A stretch of DNA of 64,000 nt, taken from IMG/VR virus record IMGVR_UViG_3300032242_001235, positions 25,960 through 89,959 of that record; one strand, given 5' to 3'. Positions 10,401-19,809 of the stretch are shown one piece after another; the stretch's first letter is position 1, and every line of letters starts with the position of its first letter. Origin of the DNA: a virus. Under the pieces are notes generated by a model. The model did not search any database. It was not told the DNA's origin and saw only the letters and a program-made list of their open reading frames with translations. The position numbers and the translations under genes are program-made.

Positions 10401-12455
10401 AATAACATAGGGTTGTATAATAGTTCAAATTATTACATGAGCGGGTATATCTCCAATTTTCGAATGGTAATTAGCACCGCCTTGTACACCGCATCATTTG
10501 CACCAACTAATACTCCATTGTCTGCGATTACCAATACAGCACTATTGACTTGTCAATCAAGTACTATTAAAGATAACAGTGCTAATGCTGCTACTATCAC
10601 TACAGTAGGTAGTGCTGCGGTATCCGCATACAATCCATTTAATACTAGATATAGTTTTGCATTTAACGGTACTTCAGATTACATAGAATACGCACACAAT
10701 ACAAATCAATGGATTCCAGCATCAACTAGTTTTGCAGTTGAATGTTGGTTTATGATGACTAAAACTGGTGCTGAACAAGTTATTTTTACAAAAGGTTATC
10801 AAGGTTCACCAACATATGCTGAATTTGCAATGATTGTTACTAGTGGAAATATGTTAACATTCTTAATGTCTGCTGATGGCGGAAATTGGATTGTTAATAT
10901 TGCAGATACTGTGGCTATTGCTGTGAACACTTGGTATCATGTTGCAGGAGTTCGTACTGGTGAAAATATTGTCAAATTATACAAGAACGGTGTAAGTGTA
11001 GGAACCCCGGTGTTGACTTCAGTAGCTATGTATAACCACACCGCAGGTATTCGCCTTGGTGCTCACATGTCTAGCAGCTATCTACAAGGATTTATATCCA
11101 ACGCAAGATTTACTGTTGGTGGTGATGCAATATATAGTACTAACTTCATTCCCACAACATCACCATTGACTACAAGTACTGGTAATACATTATTATTGGC
11201 ATGCCAGTCTAGTACACTTGTTGATAATAGTGTTAATAACTTTGCATTAACTGCGGTTGGATCTCCAACAGTAAAAGTAACCAATCCGTTTACTACTAAT
11301 TACAGTTATTACTTTAATGGTACTAGCAGTGATTATTTGACAATACCTGCCTCTGGGGCATTAGATTTTGGAACATCGAATTTTACAATTGAAATATGGG
11401 CATATCCCACAGCATCTGGTGCAAACCGTAGATTTTATTCTAATTGGGGTAGTTCTGGATCAGTACAGATAGGTTTTAGGCAAGAAAGTAATAATACGCT
11501 TCGCTTTTTCACAACGACTTCGGGAATTGACTTCTCATCATCTACCCTATTGACATTGAATGCATGGAATCATTGTGCAATAGTGAGAAACGGATCTGTA
11601 TTTACAATGTTCTTAAATGGTATAATTGTTGGTACAGTGACTTCTTCATCAGCCATGCCATCCACTGCATCAATACCTACTTACATTAGTACATATGATG
11701 GAACAAATGAACCGTGGAGCGGATTCCTTGCCGATCTTCGTGTTGTGAAAGGTGTAGCAGTATATACTGGTGGATTTACGCCAATAGCTCCACCGTTACC
11801 AATATCAAATACCACGGCTACATCAACTGCTACAACTAGCTTGATAGTTTTGGGTAATAACGGTAGCATTGTGGATCAAACTGGTAAGAGTAATGTCATA
11901 GTAGTTGGTGCAACAGCAGTGGATCCATCTGTATACAAATTTGGTAGTGGGTCAATTAAATTTAACGGAACTACTGATTATCTAAACATAGTTAATACAG
12001 GTACTGTAGTGACTGGTAACTTTACTGTTGAGGCTTGGATTTATCCAACTTCAGTGACTGGATCTACTCGTACATTCTGGACTTTAGGAACAGAAGTTGC
12101 CAACAGATACACAACTGGTATTGTTAGTACTTCTTCAATATATACAAACCTTTATGGTGCTGGATCTGTTAACTACGCCAATACTACAATTGTGGCCAAT
12201 ACTTGGACCCATGTGGCAATGGTTCGAAGTGGATCTACAATTAAATGGTACATTAACGGAGTTGCATCTGCAACAACTGATACACAATCTGGAACTTTGG
12301 GCAACAATTCTACGCTAAAAATTGGCGCAGATTCAGGCGGTGCAGCACTGTTTGTTGGTTACATGGATGATTTTAGATTCAGTCTAATTGCAAGATATAC
12401 AAGTAACTTCATTCCACCAACAGCTAGCCTGCCAACTTATATGCCATTTGTGTAA
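4443..12455 (+). CDS. Giant concanavalin A-like lectin/LamG repeat protein (12 domains), putative receptor-binding fibre
   Basis: 2670 aa; 12 copies of the (D/A/N)FT(I/V)ExW...WxH(I/V)A..R.G....(L/F)(Y/F)xNG...GY(I/M)SNxR pattern counted by eye. Confidence 0.85.
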   Translation: MSIQFSGGFQLTGGFTITTENADSNYNSTVVMLNGETASKLHTADASGNNLALTQVGAVATSKFNPFLGTGNYGLSIGASDTLVTPNNADAFTFGTGDFSFEVWIFSSVFSTASYSAPLWTNYVSGGAGLSLYLEVHAGQLRLLDFNGSGSTFVIIGGTIRDNSWHHLVMTRQSGTIRGFINGVLVTSATGITTNYTGVFLASIGPGLAGNYFNARIIRGGVPSQYSTSTLTTNAVVFTPPTVPFTGSESLTTSTASVVFLAAQDASFIDQSPRSAPLTPSSTVKVVTNTPLASQFTRTFSNYGSTWFNGSTSYIQSPIGSYADFGSGAFTIETWIFPTVPTTQQVIAFHGWSGSGAFNYGWNAQINTSNQLAFYANGTLTAFTDLVVTMNAWNHIAFVGIGGVLTAFKNGVKSATTYTYTAIVARPTATTVIGGWNNNTENIAERLFYNGAISNFHIVNGTALYTSSFTVSTTPISAIGTSVLLTCQNATGTITDASTVSNALTVVGGTRIISATPFTTTYTSADRSDASTFYGSGYFSGSPNYISIPASAALVLPADFTIECWVNASTLSGNQGIIASSGQRFGLIRLTNYFYWLGSTDLSGSSITISANTWYHLAASRVGTTLRLFVNGVQANSGTYSEASTSNIWYIGNDQSNEIFNGYISNIRVVKGTGLYTTNFVPPTTQLPTVSGTSLLTLQGRTTSTNVISIYDESANSLAVTAYGSPTQGSFSPFNQGGYSYYFNGAGDYLTIPASTNNALGSDFTIEVWVYTTIANQTYGSGIAGTYDGGSNGGWSLIINRSTGGPIGIGFIHANAIQQSYTTAYLAINTWHHIAITRSGTTLKTYLNGTQVATGTYATADTVSAINYIGSQGVGSYHNGYISNLRVIKGTAIYTANFAPSYTPLTAVDNTVLLTAQANSFSDASTLTNTITRVGAASVRPFTPFPQFRAYNAFVDGSSIYMNGTSDYIATPANAAMTFGNNDHTVEFWYYLPNTAHAAGYSTQWKYSSGSTQQGTNDYYFQTGTAGGGSGGLALGTGGGWALSAISISATQFNALAGQWTHIAWTRASNVFRLFFNGVLMGSATYTGSIAAQGGAMLLGQDSSNNYGGGYYSGYRVINGYALYTGGFTPPTSPLTAVPYTQLLTANTATFVDSSYNNFSITRTGTTSTRFSPNTPTVLSNGNSVYFDGSTSAITLPTAFASTIAGLAGSITTMEAFIFPTNTTSRDETIIGGIPAVGTNGRWSFVITTGATTFTIKFIWTTDTSTAVSVATTVVTGRTNTWNHVAVVIDASIAATTNVTLFINGTAQGFPYQVFTSQTFTYDYVKIGFDTGYTNRFTGYMSNLRVIKGTIPYIYKITPPVINLNTSTFTRLLTAQTVNMNDTSVNSLVATRGGTTMPQRFSPFGNTTADLGYSGYFNGTTDYVQVPAGPAFAPGTADFTVEGWFYPTNTMATQGAIWTQSISGTNYFVIFATNNVIQFYGTLSGGGTAISSGSNNWSVNSWNHFAVVRTSGSVKVYLNGIAGTATADINNYSNISYVPTIGRYTHVATNFFYGYISNLRYLNRIALYTGNFTVPASPLAVTQSSSTNIAALTTIPTNGSSVFFNGSTDYLTAPSNPAFQFGTGAFTMEAWINPTVTAPTVTQWIISNIDSASGNTQCGLSILATSNKLQFQTWNAAILTSTAAISLNVWTHVAISFDGTTYKLFINGVLDTSGITLYNFSSAGTAKIGYALSGNSYFTGLMSNARIVKGTAVYTTAFTPSTSPLTAITNTSLLTCQSTTIIDNSINNYTITSFGTPSAIKTLSPFGNTPQLLTFQSTTFVDNSTNAFTLTTGGTAGPASLSPFVDSTNITSTAYSVYFNGTTDNLTLPVSTATTQLGSSDFTIEGWMFFTEVTNDHTLVYWNGASSGYAAVHVRQIAGKWALWISATGSAWAVQQNTLGSTITSNTWYHVAVVRSGTNFKLYINGSDVTSGGYTVSGSLMTTYTTNNIGLYNSSNYYMSGYISNFRMVISTALYTASFAPTNTPLSAITNTALLTCQSSTIKDNSANAATITTVGSAAVSAYNPFNTRYSFAFNGTSDYIEYAHNTNQWIPASTSFAVECWFMMTKTGAEQVIFTKGYQGSPTYAEFAMIVTSGNMLTFLMSADGGNWIVNIADTVAIAVNTWYHVAGVRTGENIVKLYKNGVSVGTPVLTSVAMYNHTAGIRLGAHMSSSYLQGFISNARFTVGGDAIYSTNFIPTTSPLTTSTGNTLLLACQSSTLVDNSVNNFALTAVGSPTVKVTNPFTTNYSYYFNGTSSDYLTIPASGALDFGTSNFTIEIWAYPTASGANRRFYSNWGSSGSVQIGFRQESNNTLRFFTTTSGIDFSSSTLLTLNAWNHCAIVRNGSVFTMFLNGIIVGTVTSSSAMPSTASIPTYISTYDGTNEPWSGFLADLRVVKGVAVYTGGFTPIAPPLPISNTTATSTATTSLIVLGNNGSIVDQTGKSNVIVVGATAVDPSVYKFGSGSIKFNGTTDYLNIVNTGTVVTGNFTVEAWIYPTSVTGSTRTFWTLGTEVANRYTTGIVSTSSIYTNLYGAGSVNYANTTIVANTWTHVAMVRSGSTIKWYINGVASATTDTQSGTLGNNSTLKIGADSGGAALFVGYMDDFRFSLIARYTSNFIPPTASLPTYMPFV

Positions 12456-12479
12456 TGGATCAAACTACCAGTATTTGCT

Positions 12480-12487
12480 TATAAATA
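12480..12487 (+). promoter_or_regulatory. T4-type late promoter TATAAATA
   Basis: Exact TATAAATA in the intergenic gap, followed by AGGA RBS and ATG at 12509. Confidence 0.7.
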
Positions 12488-12508
12488 TAGAAACATTAGG
12501 ATATCACA

Positions 12509-15247
12509 ATGACCATAGCTAGTAATTTATCGTTTTTAGAAAACGCCGCAGGTGCGATCACTACCGGTACGATAAATGCCCAATATGCGCCCATTACTTT
12601 CAGTATTAACAGTTCAGAAGCTGGGCGCTTTGATCTCAACAATTATTTGTTGTTGGGCTATACTACAAGTCAAGGCGCATACAGGTTACAAGTAAACGGT
12701 AACATGTTGATTAATGGTACTTTATCAGTTACCACTGCATCCTTTACTAACGTCGTTGGTGTCATCACAACTGCATCTAATATTGCAGGTGGTGCTGCTG
12801 GACAAATTGTGTATCAATCAGCCCCTGGACTAACTGCATTCAGTAGTAGTTTAACATTTTCTGCAGGATCTGGATTGAGTGTTGGCGGCAACATCAACTT
12901 TACCGGTAACTTATATCAAAACGGCTCATTGTTTAGTGGTGGTGGTGGCGGTACTGCATCTGGTACAGGTACTACAACTACATTCGTAATATCTAACATT
13001 ACCCCTACAAATAGCACAATAACAGGTGCTTTACAAGTTTATGGTGGTATGGGTATTGGCGGCGGCATTTATTCAGGTGGTACTGTTACTGCTACTAACC
13101 TAGTAACGGCTGGTGTTGGCGGTGGTATTAGTGGTGCAAGTTATGTTAACTCGTTTAACATGTGGGCAACTGGTACATTAACTGCGACAAACCTTATAGT
13201 AGGCGGAAATGCATTTGTTAACGGTATTGCACTTGGATCATCAACTGGTACAACCAGCACATATATTATTCAAAATACAACCCCATCAAACAGCACTAAC
13301 TCAGGTGCATTGCAAGTATGGGGTGGTGCTGGTATTGGATTAGGGTTAGTTGTTGGCGGTGTCGTCACAGCTACATCTATTGCTACAACTGGTTTAGGCG
13401 GTGGTATTAGTGGTGCAAGTTATGTTAATTCGTTTAACATGCAAGCAACTGGTACAATTACTGCAACAAGCATTGTAGTTACTGGTACTGCTACTAGTAC
13501 AAGTACATTAACTGGCGCAGTAGTTATTACTGGCGGGGTTGGTATTGGCGGCAACTTATATGTTGGCGGTAGTATTTTTAGTAGTGGTGGTAGTGTCGGC
13601 GCTGGTGGATCCGCTGGTGGAACAACATATACTAACGTCATAGCAAACGGATTTGTACAAAGTCCGTATCCTTATATTGCACCTAAGGGTAGATTAAATC
13701 ACGGCCCTGGAACAGTGGCATTTATTAACACATCAACAACTGGTAGTAGCCCATGGGGTATTACTACAGATGCATTTGGTAACTTTGCATATGTAGCAAA
13801 CTACACTGCTGGTACAATTACACAATATGTAATTAATACATATACAGGATTCTTAACAACATCAACATTTGATATTGCTACGGGTACTAACCCTTATGGT
13901 ATTACTAGTGAGCCAACAGGTAGATTTGTTTATGCAGCCAACTATGGTGCATCTACTGTTGGCCAATTCTTTATCAACACATTCACTGGCACCTTAACAC
14001 AGATTACTACAGCAATTGCTTCTGGTACTAACCCATATGGTATTACCAGTGAACCAACTGGCAAATATGTGTATGTAGCAAACTATGGTGCAGCAACAAT
14101 CAGTCAATATGCTATTAACACCACAACTGGTGCATTGATATCAATTGGTACCCCAATTTCTGCTGGTACTAACCCAGTATATCTAGCTGCTGATCCAACA
14201 GGTAGATTCTTGTATGCAGCAAACTATGGTTCTGCCAACATATCACAATATGCTATTAGCACAGGTACTGGTATCCTAATATCGTTAGGTACAGCTATTG
14301 CAGCCGGTACTAACCCGTTCAGCATTGGAGTTGATCCATCTGGTAGATTTGTATACGCAGCAAACTATGGTTCTGCTAACATTTCACAATACAGTATTAA
14401 CCAATTCTCTGGAACATTGACACAGATTACGACAGCAGTGAGTGTTGGTGCTAACCCAGGTTCTGGAAGTTTGGCAATTGATCCATACGGAAAATATGTA
14501 TATGTTGGTAACTCTACTATATTATATCAATACAGCATTAACCAATACAACGGTGCATTGACACAGGTAGCATCAATTGCAGCGGGTCCAGGTCAGACTG
14601 GTATGACTATTGACCCTACTGGTAAATATCTATTCTCTGTCAACAACACAAACGCAACTGTTGCCCAATACGGATTAAGTAACTTTTCTGTAGGTGGATT
14701 AGTAGTTGGATCTGCTCAAGCTTCTACATCAACAACCACAGGTGCGGTAATTGTACAGGGTGGTATTGGTGTTGGTGGTGCAGTATGGACATCAGCCCTT
14801 GGTATTTTTACACCACCCGGAACAGCTAATGCTACAATTGGCGGTATAAACAACTTGTTCATGTTATTTGGAACAATCAGCGGCGTATACCAAATAACAA
14901 GTGGTATTGTATCTACAACTAACATGATAGTTACAGGCTACGAAGTAGCAAGTCCATTATATATTGGTGTTGGCGGTACTGCAAGTTATAGTTTAAGTAC
15001 TACATCTACAAACAATGTATTGTTAGTGGGTTCTACTGGTTATACTGCAACATTATTGTTCCCTACATCAAGTTTACAAGATGGTCAAATTGTTAGAGTT
15101 GCAGTAAGTGGTAATGCAGTAGCAATTACCGTTAGTAATGTAACTTTATTGCCAGCATTAAGTGCAACATCAATTGCTGCTGGATCAGCATTTGCATATT
15201 CATATCGATTGGCAAACAATACTTGGTACAGGATACAGTTTGGTTAA
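12509..15247 (+). CDS. Tail fibre-like protein with a 7-bladed beta-propeller (lactonase-like)
   Basis: 912 aa; TGALxVxGGxGIGG fibre repeats flank seven ~46-aa blades NPYGITSEPTGRFVYAANY (~13735-14680). Confidence 0.75.
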   Translation: MTIASNLSFLENAAGAITTGTINAQYAPITFSINSSEAGRFDLNNYLLLGYTTSQGAYRLQVNGNMLINGTLSVTTASFTNVVGVITTASNIAGGAAGQIVYQSAPGLTAFSSSLTFSAGSGLSVGGNINFTGNLYQNGSLFSGGGGGTASGTGTTTTFVISNITPTNSTITGALQVYGGMGIGGGIYSGGTVTATNLVTAGVGGGISGASYVNSFNMWATGTLTATNLIVGGNAFVNGIALGSSTGTTSTYIIQNTTPSNSTNSGALQVWGGAGIGLGLVVGGVVTATSIATTGLGGGISGASYVNSFNMQATGTITATSIVVTGTATSTSTLTGAVVITGGVGIGGNLYVGGSIFSSGGSVGAGGSAGGTTYTNVIANGFVQSPYPYIAPKGRLNHGPGTVAFINTSTTGSSPWGITTDAFGNFAYVANYTAGTITQYVINTYTGFLTTSTFDIATGTNPYGITSEPTGRFVYAANYGASTVGQFFINTFTGTLTQITTAIASGTNPYGITSEPTGKYVYVANYGAATISQYAINTTTGALISIGTPISAGTNPVYLAADPTGRFLYAANYGSANISQYAISTGTGILISLGTAIAAGTNPFSIGVDPSGRFVYAANYGSANISQYSINQFSGTLTQITTAVSVGANPGSGSLAIDPYGKYVYVGNSTILYQYSINQYNGALTQVASIAAGPGQTGMTIDPTGKYLFSVNNTNATVAQYGLSNFSVGGLVVGSAQASTSTTTGAVIVQGGIGVGGAVWTSALGIFTPPGTANATIGGINNLFMLFGTISGVYQITSGIVSTTNMIVTGYEVASPLYIGVGGTASYSLSTTSTNNVLLVGSTGYTATLLFPTSSLQDGQIVRVAVSGNAVAITVSNVTLLPALSATSIAAGSAFAYSYRLANNTWYRIQFG

Positions 15248-15288
15248 TTTTTTTAACTGGTGGCTCATTGCCTTTATTAAATATGGGT

Positions 15289-15900
15289 ATGAAACAACTT
15301 TTAGATCAACCGATAGTCCTGCACAATGTTATTAGTGCCGAATACCAATCACACATACGACATAATTTTATGGGCGAGGGCATATGTCCGTGGTATTACA
15401 CTACAGAAAGTACCCAAGAGGGTGATGTATTTGAAACAACCAGTGTGTTATTTCACTTAATGTTTTTCTCCCTACAAGGCGGACAAAAAAGTAACTTTTT
15501 TGATTTAGTTAGGCCCCTGATGTGGGAGGCAATTGAAAAGGCTGGATTACCATTTCATGAATTTTTACAAGTTCGAGCAATAAGTCAATTTCCGTTTAAT
15601 ACTGCTCGAACTCATAATAAAGTTCATACTGATTTGCCCATGCTTCAAGAGCCATATGCTACCGCAGTGTATTACATTAACGGGGATGATCAAGGAATTG
15701 ACGGCGATACAGTAATTTTTAATGAAACTGCCTTAGATATACCAGAAGATCAAGTAGTTTCTAAATATAAATCATTTACGGAAAAGATGAGAGTGTCCCC
15801 TAAACAAGGATCAGTAGTGATATTTCCGGGACATCAATATCATTCAAGTACATTGCCAACTAAAACGGCACGGGCAGTGTTAAATTTCTCTTGGAGATAA
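15289..15900 (+). CDS. 2OG-Fe(II) oxygenase superfamily protein
   Basis: HTD facial-triad motif, 'TAVYYIN..DGDTVIF', 'PKQGSVVIFPG...HSS...RAVLNF'. Start moved from 15223 to the ATG 5 nt after TAAATA (15278-15283). Confidence 0.8.
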   Translation: MKQLLDQPIVLHNVISAEYQSHIRHNFMGEGICPWYYTTESTQEGDVFETTSVLFHLMFFSLQGGQKSNFFDLVRPLMWEAIEKAGLPFHEFLQVRAISQFPFNTARTHNKVHTDLPMLQEPYATAVYYINGDDQGIDGDTVIFNETALDIPEDQVVSKYKSFTEKMRVSPKQGSVVIFPGHQYHSSTLPTKTARAVLNFSWR

Positions 15901-15946
15901 CGATATCGTTGCCAATAAATATACAAACAATTAACAAGGATTTTTT

Positions 15947-16915
<969 letters not shown>

Positions 16916-16916
16916 T

Positions 16917-17498
16917 ATGAATTATAAAGTTGAAAGTTGGTTTCCAAGACCTATATACTATGCAGATGATATTTGCCAAGAGCATTTGGGTGATTTTGAG
17001 ATTGCTGTAAAAGACGCAATTAAAGATGAAGGCACAAAAAGAAATCCATTTCTAGGTGTGAATAGTTCACATAAGACTGTGTCTGAACTTCATAAACTAC
17101 CTGCACTGGCTCCTTTAGCTTCTAGTATATTGGACCATGCTATGAATTTCTGTTTAATAATAGGGTATGATCCAGAGACCGCATTTTCATTCAACATAAT
17201 AAACATGTGGGTTAATATTAGTGATCAACACGATTACAATTTCCCACATACCCACCCTGGATCTGTAATTTCAGGTGCGTTTTATATTAAGGCAACACCT
17301 GAAAATATAATTACTTTTTATGATAAATATGAAACACTAACATTACCTCTTGGCCAAGATACAATGTATTCGATGTCGCACACATCATATGATTGTTTAC
17401 CTGGTCGGCTGTTATTGTTTAAAAGTGATTTTGTTCACGGGAATGTTCCGCAAAAACTTCCTGGAGAAAAAATAGTAATAAGTTTTAATATAGGTTAA
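16917..17498 (+). CDS. Putative 2OG-Fe(II) oxygenase (TIGR02466-like)
   Basis: WFPRPIY N-terminus; 'MWVNI....YNFPHTHPGSVISGAFYI'; 'GRLLLFKSDFVHG....KIVISFN'. Confidence 0.8.
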   Translation: MNYKVESWFPRPIYYADDICQEHLGDFEIAVKDAIKDEGTKRNPFLGVNSSHKTVSELHKLPALAPLASSILDHAMNFCLIIGYDPETAFSFNIINMWVNISDQHDYNFPHTHPGSVISGAFYIKATPENIITFYDKYETLTLPLGQDTMYSMSHTSYDCLPGRLLLFKSDFVHGNVPQKLPGEKIVISFNIG

Positions 17499-17503
17499 TT
17501 ATC

Positions 17504-18031
17504 ATGACACATTTTGCTCAAATTGATGAAAACAATGTAGTACTTCAAGTCATTGTTGCTGATCAAGAATTTATAGATTCTGGTTCAGTGGGCGATCCAT
17601 CAAAATGGTTACAATGCTCTCCTGATGGATCTATTAGAGGATATATGCCTGGACCAACATGGGTATATCATCCAGAAGTGGATCAATTTAGATCACCAAA
17701 ACCAGCACATCTGCCTAGTTGGGTATGGAATAATTTGAAATGGCCTTACGGTAATTGGGAACCACCAATTCAACATCCTGCATTCCGAGGAATTGGAGTA
17801 CCACCTGTATTCGGTGAAGAATATAATTGGGATGAAGAAAATGTACAGTGGGTCAAAATAGTACGCCCAAAACCATATCCTACTGATGGTGCATGTTATG
17901 AGTGGGTTGAATCTGAACAAGATTGGGTCAAGCATGGTGATCCTCGTCCTGAACATCCAATGGATGGTAAGATTTATAAGTTTAATAACGAAACACAGGA
18001 ATGGGTATTTTTTGCCGATCCAAATCCTTAA
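17504..18031 (+). CDS. Phage 'MxHFA' protein with three PxPxDGxxYxWxE repeats; possible fibre partner or chaperone
   Basis: MTHFAQIDENNVVLQVIVA; paralogous to 54051-54446; Trp/Pro-rich C-terminal repeats. Confidence 0.6.
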   Translation: MTHFAQIDENNVVLQVIVADQEFIDSGSVGDPSKWLQCSPDGSIRGYMPGPTWVYHPEVDQFRSPKPAHLPSWVWNNLKWPYGNWEPPIQHPAFRGIGVPPVFGEEYNWDEENVQWVKIVRPKPYPTDGACYEWVESEQDWVKHGDPRPEHPMDGKIYKFNNETQEWVFFADPNP

Positions 18032-18062
18032 TAGTGACAACTAACCTGCAATAAATATATGC

Positions 18063-18260
18063 ATGTTAAACAAGGCTGAAGTTATTATTAATGATGATAA
18101 GGTATTTGTCTCACAATACAATATCGAATTGATGGAACCAGATGGGACTAGTCAAATAGTCCCAGCCACATTGAGCTGGGTTTCAAAAACTCCATCATTT
18201 GACGAAAATGTATTTCGTAAGCAACAGTTTAACAGAATACCGGTAACTGTTTTCAAATGA
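18063..18260 (+). CDS. Hypothetical protein (65 aa)
   Basis: ATG 5 nt after TAAATA (18052-18057); ATGA overlap with the next gene. Confidence 0.55.
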   Translation: MLNKAEVIINDDKVFVSQYNIELMEPDGTSQIVPATLSWVSKTPSFDENVFRKQQFNRIPVTVFK

Positions 18261-18610
18261 AAGAACCTGAAATCCAAATTGGTTGTGTTAGCAACATTTA
18301 TATCCGCATGATGAACTTTAAAAATGCAGGCGATGTTGAACACGGGCACACGCATGAATTTGATCACACTAGTTTTTTAACTAGAGGCAGTGTTCGACTT
18401 ACTGTCGATGGTATTGTCAAAGAATTCACCGCGCCACATATGATTCTAATTGCAAAAAATAAAGAACATGAAGTGGTTGCACTAGAAGATGACACAATTG
18501 TATGCTGTATTCATGGCTTACGAGATAATGATAGTGGCGATATTTTAGACCCTGATCAAATACCTTACGACGAGAATCCTAAACTGCTTAATCATCGGTT
18601 AGATTTGTAA
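18257..18610 (+). CDS. Cupin-domain protein
   Basis: 'GHTHEFDHTSFLTRGSV' and 'ILIAKNKEHEVVALED' cupin motifs. Confidence 0.75.
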   Translation: MKEPEIQIGCVSNIYIRMMNFKNAGDVEHGHTHEFDHTSFLTRGSVRLTVDGIVKEFTAPHMILIAKNKEHEVVALEDDTIVCCIHGLRDNDSGDILDPDQIPYDENPKLLNHRLDL

Positions 18611-19374
18611 TGTTTTTCTTTTTTAAACCAACAACTATTGTAGTTGATGCGTTTACATCCAATGATGCAGCCCACGACTATTACCCAATAGCAAAGTCAA
18701 ATCGACATGTTCCTAACTGGTGGAAAGCACTGCCTGCAACACTCGACGACCCTGTACATAGATTAGTCAAACGCGGTACTGTTAAACGGTGTCAAGGATT
18801 TGTTGATTTATATTCTAACAGTTTCTCTATACCTTTATGGTCTGATATATCCATAGAAATGGAACTGATAGCAGATCAAAAGATTTGGAGATATAAATTT
18901 GCAGATAAAAAAAGTTGGCTAGACTCACATGATCAACAACAATACAATGGCATTGTAGATTATTCTAAGTATCAACAATTAAAGTTTAATCCACCTTGGT
19001 TCTTAGAAGAAAAATCTGGTGTAAAATTTATGATGAGCCAGCATACATGGAATATTGTTGAAGAATCAAGTAACTTCACAGTACTACCTGGTATTATAGA
19101 TTTTAAATATCAATCATCAGTCAACATAAGTACCATGGTAAGATACCCTGAGGTAGGCTTGCTATCAATGATGTTTGAAGCAGGTACTCCGCTAGTACAC
19201 TTGACTCCGCTAACTGACAAGCGGGTTGAAATTAAAACTCATTTAATTAGTGCTACAGAGTTTGAAAGAAAACATCCTATGACTAAGTTTGTGGACAATT
19301 ATAAAGAACGCAAAACTAGGATAGATGAACAAGAATCTAAATGCCCGTTTACAAAATGGCGCAATAGTTTATAA
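18610..19374 (+). CDS. Conserved phage hypothetical protein (possible dUTPase-like beta-clip fold)
   Basis: 'PNWWK', 'TVKRCQGFVD', 'LPGIID', 'AGTPLVHLTP' and C-terminal KCPF; fold call is inference. Confidence 0.45.
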   Translation: MFFFFKPTTIVVDAFTSNDAAHDYYPIAKSNRHVPNWWKALPATLDDPVHRLVKRGTVKRCQGFVDLYSNSFSIPLWSDISIEMELIADQKIWRYKFADKKSWLDSHDQQQYNGIVDYSKYQQLKFNPPWFLEEKSGVKFMMSQHTWNIVEESSNFTVLPGIIDFKYQSSVNISTMVRYPEVGLLSMMFEAGTPLVHLTPLTDKRVEIKTHLISATEFERKHPMTKFVDNYKERKTRIDEQESKCPFTKWRNSL

Positions 19375-19809
19375 TAAGTCTATCAACAATTCTAGTTTGG
19401 CTCTGACTGCCTTATTACCAAAACTGTTCTTAACACCTTGATGTAATGGCTTTGGCCAAGCGTCAAATGCACACCATGCATAACCAGAATGTTCGTTGTT
19501 TAGAGTAGGGATAAATTCTTTATCAACTAACAATACATATGTGTTGTATTGAAAGTTTTGGTCATTACTGGTGAATAATTCTAAAGGAATTATCTTTTTA
19601 ATTGGCGGACACTTGCCAACTTCTTCTGAAATTTCTCTATGTAATGCATCAACTACAGTTAAGTCAGTAGGTTCTTTTTTCCCACCAACCAGTCCCCAAG
19701 TTCCAGCAGTCTTGCCCTGTGTCCTATGAAGTAATAAAAATCTTCTAGTATCTTTAGATAAGAATATTCCGCCACTACAGACGATTTGATTTAAAGTACT
19801 AGTCTCCAT
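19369..19809 (-). CDS. NUDIX hydrolase
   Basis: Nudix box GGKKEPTDLTVVDALHREISEEVG; 'LNNEHSGYAW'. Confidence 0.9.
   Translation of the reverse strand: METSTLNQIVCSGGIFLSKDTRRFLLLHRTQGKTAGTWGLVGGKKEPTDLTVVDALHREISEEVGKCPPIKKIIPLELFTSNDQNFQYNTYVLLVDKEFIPTLNNEHSGYAWCAFDAWPKPLHQGVKNSFGNKAVRAKLELLIDLL

Noticed and set aside
13735-14680. 6-phosphogluconolactonase as an auxiliary metabolic gene
   Set aside because: The propeller is fused inside a fibre protein under a late promoter; similarity is at fold level only.
15223-15288. Longer upstream starts in the ORF track (15223, 22371, 23219, 24267, 39991, 43166, 43888, 48909)
   Set aside because: They overlap upstream genes or promoter motifs; downstream ATGs fit promoter or RBS spacing better.
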